This document shows positions 17,942-26,832 of a stretch of DNA of 64,000 nt, in pieces. Within the stretch, counting starts at the first letter, position 1; every line of letters starts with the position of its first letter. A program made the translations under genes and the position numbers. This DNA is from Terriglobales bacterium (GTDB lineage: Bacteria > Acidobacteriota > Terriglobia > Terriglobales > SCQP01), in assembly GCA_050747745.1 (NCBI GenBank), contig JBOGKM010000098.1:76297-140296 (forward strand), written 5' to 3'. The notes beneath the pieces are model-generated. The model made no database searches and was not told the DNA's origin. It worked only from the letters and a program-made list of their open reading frames with translations.

Positions 17942-20176
17942 CTATCCCGCCATGGGGGCGGCGGCGGCGGCGCGGTGCTGGCGCGTTTGCTTGGTGCGGT
18001 ACATTTCCGCATCGGCGAAATGGAGCAGCTCCTCCGGGGTAGCGCCGGAGTCGGGAAACACCGCCAGCCCAAAGCTGCCGCGCAGGCGATGGTGGGCGAG
18101 CACGGGATCGTCGTCAAGGGCGGTCTGCAGGCGCTGCGGCAACTGACGCGCGATTTCAGAATCGCAGGCGGGCACCAGAATGGTGAACTCGTCGCCGCCG
18201 TAGCGGGCCACCACGCTGCTGCCGCGGCTGCGCTGTTCGAGCAAATGCGCTACGCGCACCAGAATGCGGTCGCCTTCCATGTGGCCATAGCGGTCGTTGA
18301 GGGGCTTGAAACCGTCCAGATCGACCAGCACCAGGGCGAAGCCGGCGGCGCCGGTGCCGGGATGCGCGCGCGCGGCGCGCGCGCGGCGCCACTCCGCCTG
18401 CAGCGCATCCAGGAAGAAGCGGCGGCTTTTGACGCCGGTCAGGCTGTCGGTGATCGCCTGCTGCTGCATTTGCTGGAACAGGATGGCGTGGTTGAGCGCC
18501 ACGGCGAGCTGATCGGAGAGGGTTTGTAGCACCAGCACCTGATCGGAAGGAAAGCCGCGGGCGGCATGAGTTTCCAGGTGGAGCACGCCCAGGGTTTGTC
18601 CGGCGTAGCGGATGGGCAGCGCCAAGCCGCTGGCGGCCTGGGGACAGCGGCGCCATTCCTCGCCCCGGCCGGCCAGCTCAGGGGCCTGCGGCTGCGCCTG
18701 GCCCAGGCCGGTGGCGGCGGCGCGGCCGGCCAGGCCCCGCCCCCAAACCAGCAAGTCGCCCACCACCAGCCCGTAGGCGTGCGCGCCCGCCACGGCCGCC
18801 ACCCGCAACTGGGGCACCTCGTCCGCCTCGGGCGCAGCCAGGGTCTCGACGTGCGTGTCCACGGGCGCGGCTGCGGCCAACACCACGGCTACGTGATCGT
18901 AGCCGAAATCGCGCGCTATCGCCGCCGCCACCGCCGCCAGCATTTCGCTGGCGCTCAGGGTGGAAATGGTGAGCCGGGCGATATGGTTGAGAAATGCCTT
19001 CTGCCCGGCATCGCGCTGCACTTCGCTGAACAGGCGGGCGTTGTCGAGCGCGACGCCAGCCTGGGCGGCGAGGATTTCCAGCACGCGCAGGTGGCCGGTA
19101 TCGAAGGCGTTTTCGCGTTCGTTGCTTTGCACCGCCAGCACCCCGCAGGCTTCGCCCTGGCCCAGAATGGGCACGCCCATCCAGGTCTTGGCGGCCGTGC
19201 CGCTGCGCACCAGGCCGTGCTCGCGCAGAAAGCCGTCGAGGCAGCGGCTGATCAGCAGCGGCTGGCCCGTGGCGATGACATGCTCGGTGAGCGCCTGGGT
19301 GCGCGGGCGCGAGCGCGGCGGCTGCCGCTGGCCGTTTTCCACCTCGAAGGCAAACCGGATCTGGTCGGCGCCGTGGTCCTGGAAGGCGACGTAGAAGCAG
19401 CGCACGTCCATCAGCTTTTGCAGTTGGGTGTGGATGGTCTGCAGCAGCGCTTCGGCATCGAGCGAGGAACTGAGGGCGGTGCCGATGTGGGTGAGAATTT
19501 CAAATTCGCGGCTGCGGCGCACCGACTGGCGGTAGAGCTGCAACTGTTCCGGGGCAGCGGCGGCGTCGGGCATCTGGCGATGGCCGAGCAGCCATAACAT
19601 GGCCCAGGACAACAGCACCGGGCCGGCGGCCGCCACGGCGGTCTCGGCGGGAAAGGCGGGCAGCACCAGGCCGGCCCATGCGGCCACCGCCAGCGCCAGC
19701 AGGCGGCAGGGCCAGTTGCGCGTCCACCAGAGCAGCGCCAGCACCGCCGCCAGCAGCAAGGCCAGCACCACGGCGCCGACGTGCAGGCCAGGTGGCGGCA
19801 TCAACACCGCCGCGGCGCCGGCGGCGGCCAGCACCCAGGCGGCCATCGTCCAGCGGTGCGGCAGCACCCGCTGCCGTATCGTGGCCAGCAAGTGGCGGGC
19901 GCTGAACAGCAGCGCTGCGGCGGCGGCGAGGGCGCACACACCCGCCCAGCGCCACGCCCACGAACCTGGCGGGGCGGCGTTGAGCAGCACCTGCCGGGTG
20001 AGTAAAAGCGCCCAAAAACCCGCCCAGCCGCGCAGGGACACGTCCCTCTTCTGGAGCTGGACGTAGATAAACACCGGGAGCGCCAGTGCGCAAACCGCCA
20101 GGGTAGCCAAGGAGAACGCCATCGTTTCCAGCCAGTGTGCGGCGCCAAAACACCGCTTCCGCGTGGTTATCGGCAA
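17942..20176 (-). CDS. Membrane-anchored GAF-GAF-GGDEF diguanylate cyclase
   Basis: Multi-TM N-terminus, GAF-like repeats, LTGVKSRRFF...DLDGFKPLNDRYGHMEGD...ARYGGDEFTILV. An alternative start at MAFSLATL (20122) is possible. Confidence 0.9.
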   Translation of the reverse strand: MPITTRKRCFGAAHWLETMAFSLATLAVCALALPVFIYVQLQKRDVSLRGWAGFWALLLTRQVLLNAAPPGSWAWRWAGVCALAAAAALLFSARHLLATIRQRVLPHRWTMAAWVLAAAGAAAVLMPPPGLHVGAVVLALLLAAVLALLWWTRNWPCRLLALAVAAWAGLVLPAFPAETAVAAAGPVLLSWAMLWLLGHRQMPDAAAAPEQLQLYRQSVRRSREFEILTHIGTALSSSLDAEALLQTIHTQLQKLMDVRCFYVAFQDHGADQIRFAFEVENGQRQPPRSRPRTQALTEHVIATGQPLLISRCLDGFLREHGLVRSGTAAKTWMGVPILGQGEACGVLAVQSNERENAFDTGHLRVLEILAAQAGVALDNARLFSEVQRDAGQKAFLNHIARLTISTLSASEMLAAVAAAIARDFGYDHVAVVLAAAAPVDTHVETLAAPEADEVPQLRVAAVAGAHAYGLVVGDLLVWGRGLAGRAAATGLGQAQPQAPELAGRGEEWRRCPQAASGLALPIRYAGQTLGVLHLETHAARGFPSDQVLVLQTLSDQLAVALNHAILFQQMQQQAITDSLTGVKSRRFFLDALQAEWRRARAARAHPGTGAAGFALVLVDLDGFKPLNDRYGHMEGDRILVRVAHLLEQRSRGSSVVARYGGDEFTILVPACDSEIARQLPQRLQTALDDDPVLAHHRLRGSFGLAVFPDSGATPEELLHFADAEMYRTKQTRQHRAAAAAPMAG

Positions 20177-20191
20177 AATGGGGGCGCGGCA

Positions 20192-21511
20192 TTATGCCGC
20201 GGTGAACAGCGCGGCAAAAAAACCGTCGCTGGCGAAGGCGCCGGGTAAAAGCCGCAGCCACGGCCCGGAGCACAGCGCCGCGGGTGAAGCCAGCAGCTCG
20301 CCCGCGGCGCCCAGCTGCTCCAGCAGCGGCGCCAGAGGCTGGGGGCGGAGGCGCGGCTCCGCCGCGGGCAGGGCCAGCGCCAGCGCCGGACCCTCCTCCG
20401 GCTCGATCGAGCACACGCTGTAGAGCAGCCGCCCGCCCGGCGCCAGCGCGGCGGCGGCCTGGCGCAGCAAGCGCCATTGCAATTGCGCCAGGCGGGAGGG
20501 ATCGTCCGGCTGCAGGCGCCAGCGGATTTCCGGGTTGTGCGCCAGCGTGCCGGTGCCGGTGCAGGGGGCATCCACCAGGACGGCATCGCAGCGCAGCCGC
20601 AGCGGCCAGGGCTGGGCGGCATCGGCGGCCAGCACGGCTACATTGCCGTAGCCGCCGCGCAGCAGGCGGCGGCGCAGCAAGCTCGCGCGGCGCGGGTGGC
20701 GCTCGCAGGCGAAATGGCGGGCGCGCGGCGCCAGCGCGGCCAGCAAAGCGGTTTTCGAGCCGGGTGCGGCACAGGCGTCGAGCACGCACTCGCCCGCCCG
20801 CGGCTGCAGCAGGTGAGCGATCAGCTGCGAGGCCTCGTCCTGGATCCAAACGCGGCCCTGGCGAAAGGCCGCCGTGCGGGTCAGATCGCCGGCGGCGGCG
20901 CGCGCAGCCGAACGCAGCAGGCGTGGAGGCGACACCGCGACGCCCTCGAGGGGCTGTGCCGGCCAAAAGGCGGCCGGCGGCGGCTGGTTGTCGTAGGCGG
21001 CGATGGCGGCGGCGGCTTGCGGACCAAAATTCCGGCTCCAGCGCTCCAGCAGCCAGGCGGGGTGGGAAAACTCGGCTTCGCGGCGGCGGCCCAGATCCGC
21101 CTCGCCGGCCAGCAGCGCCGCCAGCGGCGCGCGCGGCAGATGACGCAGCACCGCGTTGACGAAGCCGGCGGCGCGCGCGCCCGCGCCCTTGGCCAACTCG
21201 ACGCTTTCGTGCACCGCCGCGGAAGCGGGAATGCGATCCAGCCGGCGCAATTGATAGGCGCCCAGGCGCAGCGCGGTGCGCGGCAGCGGCGGCACCTGGT
21301 GCATGGGCCGGCGCGACGCGCGCGTCAGCGCGTAATCGAGGCTGCCGCGCCAGCGCAGCACGCCCAGCACCAGCTCAGTGGCCAGACGGTGGTCGGCGTC
21401 CGCCAAGCCCGCGGCGCGGCGCGAGTGCAGCAGATCGCTGGCGTAGCCGCCCTGCTGCTCGACCGCCAGCAAAACCTCGCAGGCCAACTGGCGCGCCGGA
21501 GAGATGGGCAT
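20192..21511 (-). CDS. rsmB: 16S rRNA (cytosine967-C5)-methyltransferase
   Basis: The real start is MPISPARQLACEVLLAVEQQGGYASDLL (NusB-like domain). Contains VLDACAAPGSKT and DAVLVDAPCTGTGTL. The upstream 240 codons of the track ORF are a GC shadow lying over the thyX-like gene. Confidence 0.9.
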   Translation of the reverse strand: MPISPARQLACEVLLAVEQQGGYASDLLHSRRAAGLADADHRLATELVLGVLRWRGSLDYALTRASRRPMHQVPPLPRTALRLGAYQLRRLDRIPASAAVHESVELAKGAGARAAGFVNAVLRHLPRAPLAALLAGEADLGRRREAEFSHPAWLLERWSRNFGPQAAAAIAAYDNQPPPAAFWPAQPLEGVAVSPPRLLRSAARAAAGDLTRTAAFRQGRVWIQDEASQLIAHLLQPRAGECVLDACAAPGSKTALLAALAPRARHFACERHPRRASLLRRRLLRGGYGNVAVLAADAAQPWPLRLRCDAVLVDAPCTGTGTLAHNPEIRWRLQPDDPSRLAQLQWRLLRQAAAALAPGGRLLYSVCSIEPEEGPALALALPAAEPRLRPQPLAPLLEQLGAAGELLASPAALCSGPWLRLLPGAFASDGFFAALFTAA

Positions 21512-21528
21512 CCCCCAGCATGGCATGG

Positions 21529-21534
21529 GACAAT
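21529..21534 (+). promoter_or_regulatory. -10-like hexamer GACAAT, 7 nt upstream of the ThyX-like ATG
   Basis: Read from the sequence. Confidence 0.2.
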
Positions 21535-21541
21535 GGGCTGC

Positions 21542-22930
21542 ATGTCCGAAGCTGAGGTCTACGTGATCGCCGGCGTCGAGCCCGAAGTCGGCGCCTACGC
21601 CATGGCGCGCTACAGCCGCTCGGCGCTGTCCATGCGCGAGAGTTTGCGGGAGATCGACCAGCAAAAAGCGGAACAGTTCCTCAACACCTTCTACTTCCAG
21701 TACGGCCACCGCTCCATTGCCGATCTGGCCCACCTCAGCCTGGCGCTGGAGCGGCTTTCGATCCTCGCCGCCATCGAAGTGGCCGATGAAACTCGCTGGG
21801 ATGGACAGGAACGCTCGACCCGCTATCAGCGCTTCGCCGCCGGCAGCTTCGTCACCCCGCCCGAGCTGGCCGGCAGCCTGGAATATCCCGACATCGTGGC
21901 GGCGCTGTTCGCCGCCTACTGCGAGCTGTCGACGCGGATCGAGTCGTTTCTGGGCGAGCGCCATCCCCGGCCGGAGGCAAGGACGCCGGAGGCTTACCGG
22001 CGCGCGCTGCGCGCTCGCGCCTTCGACGTCAGCCGCTATCTGCTGCCGCTGGGCACGGCCACCAGCCTGGGCCAGATCGTCAGCGCGCGCACGCTGGAAC
22101 AGCAGATCGTGCGGCTGCTGTCGTCGCCCTGGGCGGAGTGCCATCATCTCGGCGCAGCGCTGAAGCAGGCCGCGGGCGCGCCCGGCGCCACGCCAACCCT
22201 GGTGAAATATACCCAACCCAGCGCCTACCAATTAACCTCACGCCGCGAGATGGAAGACGCAGCCGCCGCGCTGATGTCCGCCGTCGCCCCCGACTCCGCT
22301 CCCGGCGTCCATCTGGCGCCTCCGGTCCCGCTCGAAGTCGAGCTAGCCGCTTCGCTCCTTTATCCGCACTGCCGGCATTCTTACGCGCAACTGCTGGCCG
22401 CCATGGGCGCGCTCCCTGCCGCCCGGCGGGACGAGATTATTGCCCTCGGCCGCGCCCATCGCGGCGACCACGACGAGTTGGCGCGCCCGTTTCAGGCGGG
22501 CCAGGCCTTCGCCTTCGATATCCTCATGGATATTGGCGGCTTTCGCGACCTGCACCGCCATCGCCGCGTGGTGCAACTCCATCAGGGCTACGGCTCGGAC
22601 CACGGCTTTGAGACTCCCGAAGCGGTCGCCGCCAGCGGCGCCGAAAGCGAATACGCCACCGCGATGCGCGTTGCCGGAACCTGGGCGGCGCGCTCGGGCG
22701 CGGCCGGCGCCTACGCGCTGCCGCTGGGCTATCGCAAGCGCAGTCTATTCAAAATGGATCTGGCCGAAGTCGCCTATATCGCCGAGCTGCGCACCGGCCC
22801 GGGCGGCCACATCTGCTACCGCCGCGCTGCCTGGGCCATGTACCAGGCCCTCGCCGCCCGCCATCCCTCCCTCGCGCGCGGCCTGCGCGTCACCGACCCG
22901 GCGCTGCCGTCGAATCCGCTCGACCGCTAA
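21542..22930 (+). CDS. Long-form ThyX-like (Thy1 domain) flavin-dependent thymidylate synthase family protein
   Basis: The real start is MSEAEVYVIAGVEPEV. ThyX-type motifs are present: YGHRSIADLAH, QERSTRY (SxRY) and, about 280 residues later, FRDLHRHRRVV (RHR). At 462 aa it is roughly twice the size of a canonical ThyX. Confidence 0.6.
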   Translation: MSEAEVYVIAGVEPEVGAYAMARYSRSALSMRESLREIDQQKAEQFLNTFYFQYGHRSIADLAHLSLALERLSILAAIEVADETRWDGQERSTRYQRFAAGSFVTPPELAGSLEYPDIVAALFAAYCELSTRIESFLGERHPRPEARTPEAYRRALRARAFDVSRYLLPLGTATSLGQIVSARTLEQQIVRLLSSPWAECHHLGAALKQAAGAPGATPTLVKYTQPSAYQLTSRREMEDAAAALMSAVAPDSAPGVHLAPPVPLEVELAASLLYPHCRHSYAQLLAAMGALPAARRDEIIALGRAHRGDHDELARPFQAGQAFAFDILMDIGGFRDLHRHRRVVQLHQGYGSDHGFETPEAVAASGAESEYATAMRVAGTWAARSGAAGAYALPLGYRKRSLFKMDLAEVAYIAELRTGPGGHICYRRAAWAMYQALAARHPSLARGLRVTDPALPSNPLDR

Positions 22931-23102
22931 GGTCCAGACCCAGGCGCTTCGCCACCCGCACCGCTCGGCGCAACGGCAGAGGCAGATCGCGTGCGACAAA
23001 ACGCACCTGCCCCGCCTCCCTGTACTCCTTTTTCAGCCGCCGAAAATTCGTTTTCGGGAAGGCGCGGCAGAAGGGGCACTGCAGGCCTGTGAACTCGACC
23101 AT
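22890..23102 (-). pseudogene. DsbA/thioredoxin-fold remnant (truncated)
   Basis: MVEFTGLQCPFCRAFPKTNFRRLKKEYREAGQVRFVARDLPLPL matches the core of DsbA-family proteins (VEFxDxQCPFC...GKVRxVxRDFPL). There is no signal peptide. The central helical insertion and C-terminal half are missing. The 3' end overlaps the convergent thyX-like gene by about 40 nt. Confidence 0.5.
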
Positions 23103-23151
23103 GACAACCCCCGCGGCGGCAAACCGCCTCAACCTGATCTGAGCCCGCAGG

Positions 23152-24159
23152 CTAGTAGACGCCTCCCGAAGGCTGCGACGAGATGATCCTGCCGCCGCGC
23201 ACCCGGAGCCGGTAGCTCGTGCCCTGCCCTTGCCAGTCGGCCAGATCGAAGCGCTGGCCGGCCCGCAGCCGCCGCACGGCGATCGGTCCGAACGTGAGCG
23301 GCTGGCCCGGCCGGCAACGTTGCGGCCGCCCGCCCGCCGAGAACAGATACACTTCGCCCGTTCCCGCCGCCACCGCGCGGCCCCCGCCATCCACCAGCAG
23401 CGCCGTGTGCTGGTCCACGCCGATGCCGTGGATTTCGCTGGCCTGGCCCGAGTTCAAAATCCGCGCCATGAACACCAGCAGCCGCCCCAGCCGCTGCCGC
23501 GCGTGAAAATGGGTGTCGGTGATCACGCCCCGCAGCACCGCGATCCGCAGAAACTGCCGCACCACCACGACCTGCGGATCATAGGGGTTGGCCAGCGCGG
23601 CGGCCGAGGTCAGGTTGGGACCGCCGGGGCGGTCGTGCTGCGCCGAATAGTCGAACTCGCCCAGCACCGCCAGTCCCGCGCTGGTGCCGCCGATGGGAAC
23701 GCCGCGCTGGATGGCGGCGTCGAGGGTGCGCTCGACCGGCGTCGCTCGCCACCAGTTCACGTAATGTGACTGGTCGCCGCCGGCGATGAACACCGCCGAA
23801 GCCTCGGCAATGCGCCGCGCCACAAACGGCGCCGCGGCCGCCGCGCGGCTGGGGATGAGCAGCGTGGCCACCGAGTTCAGGCGCGGACACAGCTTGCGGA
23901 TGTAGGGGTTGTAGGCAGCCGTGCCGCTGGCTCGCAGCACCAGAAAATCGCCGCCGCCCGCGCGGCGACACATCCACTGAAAGGCGGCATCGAGGTCGGT
24001 GCCGCCGCCCATGAGCGCGAACCCGGCACGCGTTCGGGCATGCCGGTCCGTCCTCGCGCCGCTGCGCCAATAGCGATACGGCGCCGGTACCGCGGCCCAG
24101 CACGCCGCCAGCAACCCTAGCGCGGCCGCGCCGGCCAGAGCCGCTCGCGACGCCCTCAG
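23152..24159 (-). CDS. Peptidase S51 (cyanophycinase-like) lipoprotein, probable CTG start
   Basis: FIAGGDQSHY and GVPIGGTSAGLAVLG (Ser nucleophile elbow). Upstream of the TTG at 24114 chosen by the track, the frame stays open and encodes (L/M)RASRAALAGAAALGLLAAC, a textbook lipoprotein signal with an LAAC lipobox. The only start-like codon before it is CTG at 24159-24157, overlapping the AhpD-like TGA (CTGA). Confidence 0.75.
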   Translation of the reverse strand: MRASRAALAGAAALGLLAACWAAVPAPYRYWRSGARTDRHARTRAGFALMGGGTDLDAAFQWMCRRAGGGDFLVLRASGTAAYNPYIRKLCPRLNSVATLLIPSRAAAAAPFVARRIAEASAVFIAGGDQSHYVNWWRATPVERTLDAAIQRGVPIGGTSAGLAVLGEFDYSAQHDRPGGPNLTSAAALANPYDPQVVVVRQFLRIAVLRGVITDTHFHARQRLGRLLVFMARILNSGQASEIHGIGVDQHTALLVDGGGRAVAAGTGEVYLFSAGGRPQRCRPGQPLTFGPIAVRRLRAGQRFDLADWQGQGTSYRLRVRGGRIISSQPSGGVY

Positions 24160-24641
24160 AGCTTGGCCCCCTTGGGTTCCGGTTGCGTGGGCGTGCGGAA
24201 CGACACCGCCAGCCGGTTCCAGCAGTTGATGGCCAGAATGGCAAACGTCAGGTCCACCAACACCTTGCCGTTGAAGTAGCGCGCCACCCAGTCATAAACC
24301 GGCTGCGGCACATGGTCGTGGCTGATCTGGGTCACCGCCTCCGCCCACGCCAGCGCGGCGCGCTCGGTGGTGGAAAACAGGGTGGACTCGCGCCACACCG
24401 CGACCGCGTCCAGGCGCTGGCTGGTTTCCCCGTGCTGGCGCGCCTCGCGGGCGTGCATGTCGACGCAATAGGCGCAGCCGTTGATCTGCGAGCAGCGCAG
24501 CTTCACCAGTTCCAGCAAGCGTGCGTCCAGACTGCATTCGCTGACGTATTTTTGCAGCCCCAGCATGGCCTGCAGCGCGCCGGGGGCGGCGGCGGCGAAA
24601 TCCAGCCGCTGTTCGGACGATTGTTCATCTTCCTGACGCAT
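24156..24641 (-). CDS. Carboxymuconolactone decarboxylase / AhpD-like family protein
   Basis: AhpD-core motif CSQINGCAYCVDMH. The ATG lies 3 nt after the EF-G-like stop, with GAGGAGG about 8 nt upstream. Confidence 0.85.
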   Translation of the reverse strand: MRQEDEQSSEQRLDFAAAAPGALQAMLGLQKYVSECSLDARLLELVKLRCSQINGCAYCVDMHAREARQHGETSQRLDAVAVWRESTLFSTTERAALAWAEAVTQISHDHVPQPVYDWVARYFNGKVLVDLTFAILAINCWNRLAVSFRTPTQPEPKGAKL

Positions 24642-24644
24642 CTT

Positions 24645-26762
24645 TCAAGCCTCCTCTGCGGTGGTTTGTCCGCGCTCGGCGCGGGCTTTGGCGATGATTT
24701 TTTCTGCCTGCACGGCCGGCACCAGATCATAGCGCGTGAACTGCATGTGAAAGCTGCCGCGGCCCTGTGTCTTCGAGGTCAGGTCGGACTGGTAGCTGAG
24801 CATTTCCGCCAGCGGCACCTGGGCGCGGATGAACTCGCTGCCGTTGCGCGGCTGCATGCCTTCGATGCGGCCGCGGCGGGCGTTGAGGTCGCCAATGAGA
24901 TCGCCGGCAAACTCCTCCGGCGTTTGCACCTCGACTTCCATGATGGGCTCGAGCAGCACCGGGCGCGCCTCTTCCATGGCTTTTTTGAACGCCAGCGAAC
25001 CGGCCACCTTGAACGCCATCTCGCTGGAATCCACTTCGTGATACGAACCGTCGTAGAGCACCACGCGGAAATCCACCACCGGGTAGCCGGCCAGGTAGCC
25101 GCGCTGCGCGCTTTCGACGATGCCTTTTTCTACCGCCGGAATGTAGTTTTTGGGGATGGCGCCGCCAAAGACTTCGTTGACGAACGCGAAGCCCGCGCCG
25201 CGCGCCAGCGGCTCCATGCGGATGCGGCAGTCGCCGAACTGCCCGTGCCCGCCGGTCTGTTTTTTGTGGCGTCCCTGCACGTCGGCCTTGCCCAGAATGG
25301 TTTCCCGGTAGGCCACCCGCGGGGCCCGCAACTGCACTTCGACGTTGTAGCGCTGCTTGAGCTTGGCCACCGCGATTTCGACATGTTGCTGCCCGGTGCC
25401 GCCCAGCAGAAACTCCTGCGTCTGCGGATCGCGGGCAAAGTGCAGAGCCAGATCCTCTTCCAGCATTTTGTGCAGGGCGAGGGAGACTTTGTCCTCATCG
25501 CCGCGGCTTTTGGCGGCAATCGCGAAGTGGATGGCGGCTTCCGGCCACACAGCCGGCGGATAGGCGATGGGAGCGGCCTTGTCGCCCAAACTGTCACCCG
25601 TGAGGGTGTCCTTGAGCTTGGCCACCACGCCCCAATCGCCGGCGTGAAGTTCCGCCACGGGCAGCAGTTGTTTGCCCTGCAGCACGCTCAGGTGAGCGAA
25701 TTTTTCCGTGCCCTGGGTGCGGAAGTTGCTCACCGTTTCCTCGCTTTTGAGCCGGCCGCTGCGGAGTTTGAACACGCTCAGCCGGCCGGCAAAGGGATCC
25801 GCGATGGTTTTAAACACCTGCAGCGACAGCGGCTGCGCATCGCTGGGTTCGCGGCTCAACGTCTGCTCGGGATGCGCGGGCACGGCGCCGGAGTTCGCGC
25901 CCGCCTCGGCGGGAGAAAGCGCGTAGGCGGCACAAAAATCCAGCAGCGCATCCAGGCCGATATTGAGCGCGGCGCTGGTCACCACCACCGGCACCAGGCG
26001 GCGGGCGCGGATAGCCGCGCCGAGACCGGCCCCCAGGTGGCCGGGCGCCAGCGTGCCCTGGGCAAAAAACTCCTCCATGAGTGCGTCATCGCCTTCGGCA
26101 ATCAGCTCGACCAGCTCCTCGTGGGCCTGGCGCGCGGCGGCATCGTCGTCGTCCAGCGCCGTCACCCGCGCCTTGCCGTTGCCGCCTGCGGTGTAGTGGC
26201 GCGCGCTCATGGCGATCAGATCCATGACGCCCTGAAAGCCGCGCTGCTGGCCCAGCGGCAACTGCACCGGACACAGGGTGCGCCCAAAGCGTTCGCGCAG
26301 CGAGGCCAGCGCGGTAGGCACGTCGGCATGGTCGTGGTCGGCGCGCGTGACCACGGCGATGACCGGCAACTGGCGCGCGGCGGCCAGCTCCCAGGCTCGC
26401 ACTGTTTGCACCTGCACCCCGCTTGCGGCATCCACCGCCAGCAGCACGGTTTCGGCGATGGCGAGGGCGGCGGTGGCCTCGTGCGCGAACAGGTTCTGGC
26501 CGGGCGTATCGGCGATGTTGAGTTTGCAGGGAGCGCGGTCCGGGCCGGGCCATTCAGCCAGCGCCAGACTGGTGGAGATGCTGTGGCCGCGCTGGATTTC
26601 CTGCTCGTCGAAATCGGTAACGGCGGTACCCTGGGCGACGCTGCCCTGCTGCGGGGTGGCGCCCGCGGTAAACAGCGCCGCCGCCACCAGGGTGGTTTTC
26701 CCGCAGCCGCCGTGTCCGGTGAGCGCCAGATTGCGGAGATGGAGGGTATCAAACACCTGCAT
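24645..26762 (-). CDS. Elongation factor G paralogue (EF-G-like, degenerate G motifs)
   Basis: Five-domain EF-G architecture of 705 aa. G1 is GHGGCGKTT. G3 is DTPGQNLF (Gln89, codon 26496-26498, where the catalytic His is expected). G4 is TRAD (26337-26348) instead of NKxD. The C-terminal domains IV/V are conserved (HEVDSSEMAFK, EPIMEVEV). Confidence 0.85.
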   Translation of the reverse strand: MQVFDTLHLRNLALTGHGGCGKTTLVAAALFTAGATPQQGSVAQGTAVTDFDEQEIQRGHSISTSLALAEWPGPDRAPCKLNIADTPGQNLFAHEATAALAIAETVLLAVDAASGVQVQTVRAWELAAARQLPVIAVVTRADHDHADVPTALASLRERFGRTLCPVQLPLGQQRGFQGVMDLIAMSARHYTAGGNGKARVTALDDDDAAARQAHEELVELIAEGDDALMEEFFAQGTLAPGHLGAGLGAAIRARRLVPVVVTSAALNIGLDALLDFCAAYALSPAEAGANSGAVPAHPEQTLSREPSDAQPLSLQVFKTIADPFAGRLSVFKLRSGRLKSEETVSNFRTQGTEKFAHLSVLQGKQLLPVAELHAGDWGVVAKLKDTLTGDSLGDKAAPIAYPPAVWPEAAIHFAIAAKSRGDEDKVSLALHKMLEEDLALHFARDPQTQEFLLGGTGQQHVEIAVAKLKQRYNVEVQLRAPRVAYRETILGKADVQGRHKKQTGGHGQFGDCRIRMEPLARGAGFAFVNEVFGGAIPKNYIPAVEKGIVESAQRGYLAGYPVVDFRVVLYDGSYHEVDSSEMAFKVAGSLAFKKAMEEARPVLLEPIMEVEVQTPEEFAGDLIGDLNARRGRIEGMQPRNGSEFIRAQVPLAEMLSYQSDLTSKTQGRGSFHMQFTRYDLVPAVQAEKIIAKARAERGQTTAEEA

Positions 26763-26832
26763 GCGGTTGTTATCTCCCGTACCGCAGAGCGAAAAATCGC
26801 CCCAAACCCGTCATGCTAGCACAGCCCGGCGG

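Noticed and set aside
20477-21541. 355-codon N-terminal extension of the ThyX-like ORF, and the reciprocal extension of the rsmB ORF over 21512-22231
   Set aside because: Each extension overlaps the well-supported opposite-strand gene. Homology starts at MSEAEVYV (21542) and at MPISPARQ (21511) respectively.
24183-26819. 878-aa ORF on the plus strand, the longest ORF in this part of the window
   Set aside because: It lies exactly antisense to the EF-G-like gene. Its translation is low-complexity Arg/Ala/Gly/His-rich with no recognisable motif, while the minus-strand frame carries complete EF-G motifs. It is a typical high-GC shadow ORF.
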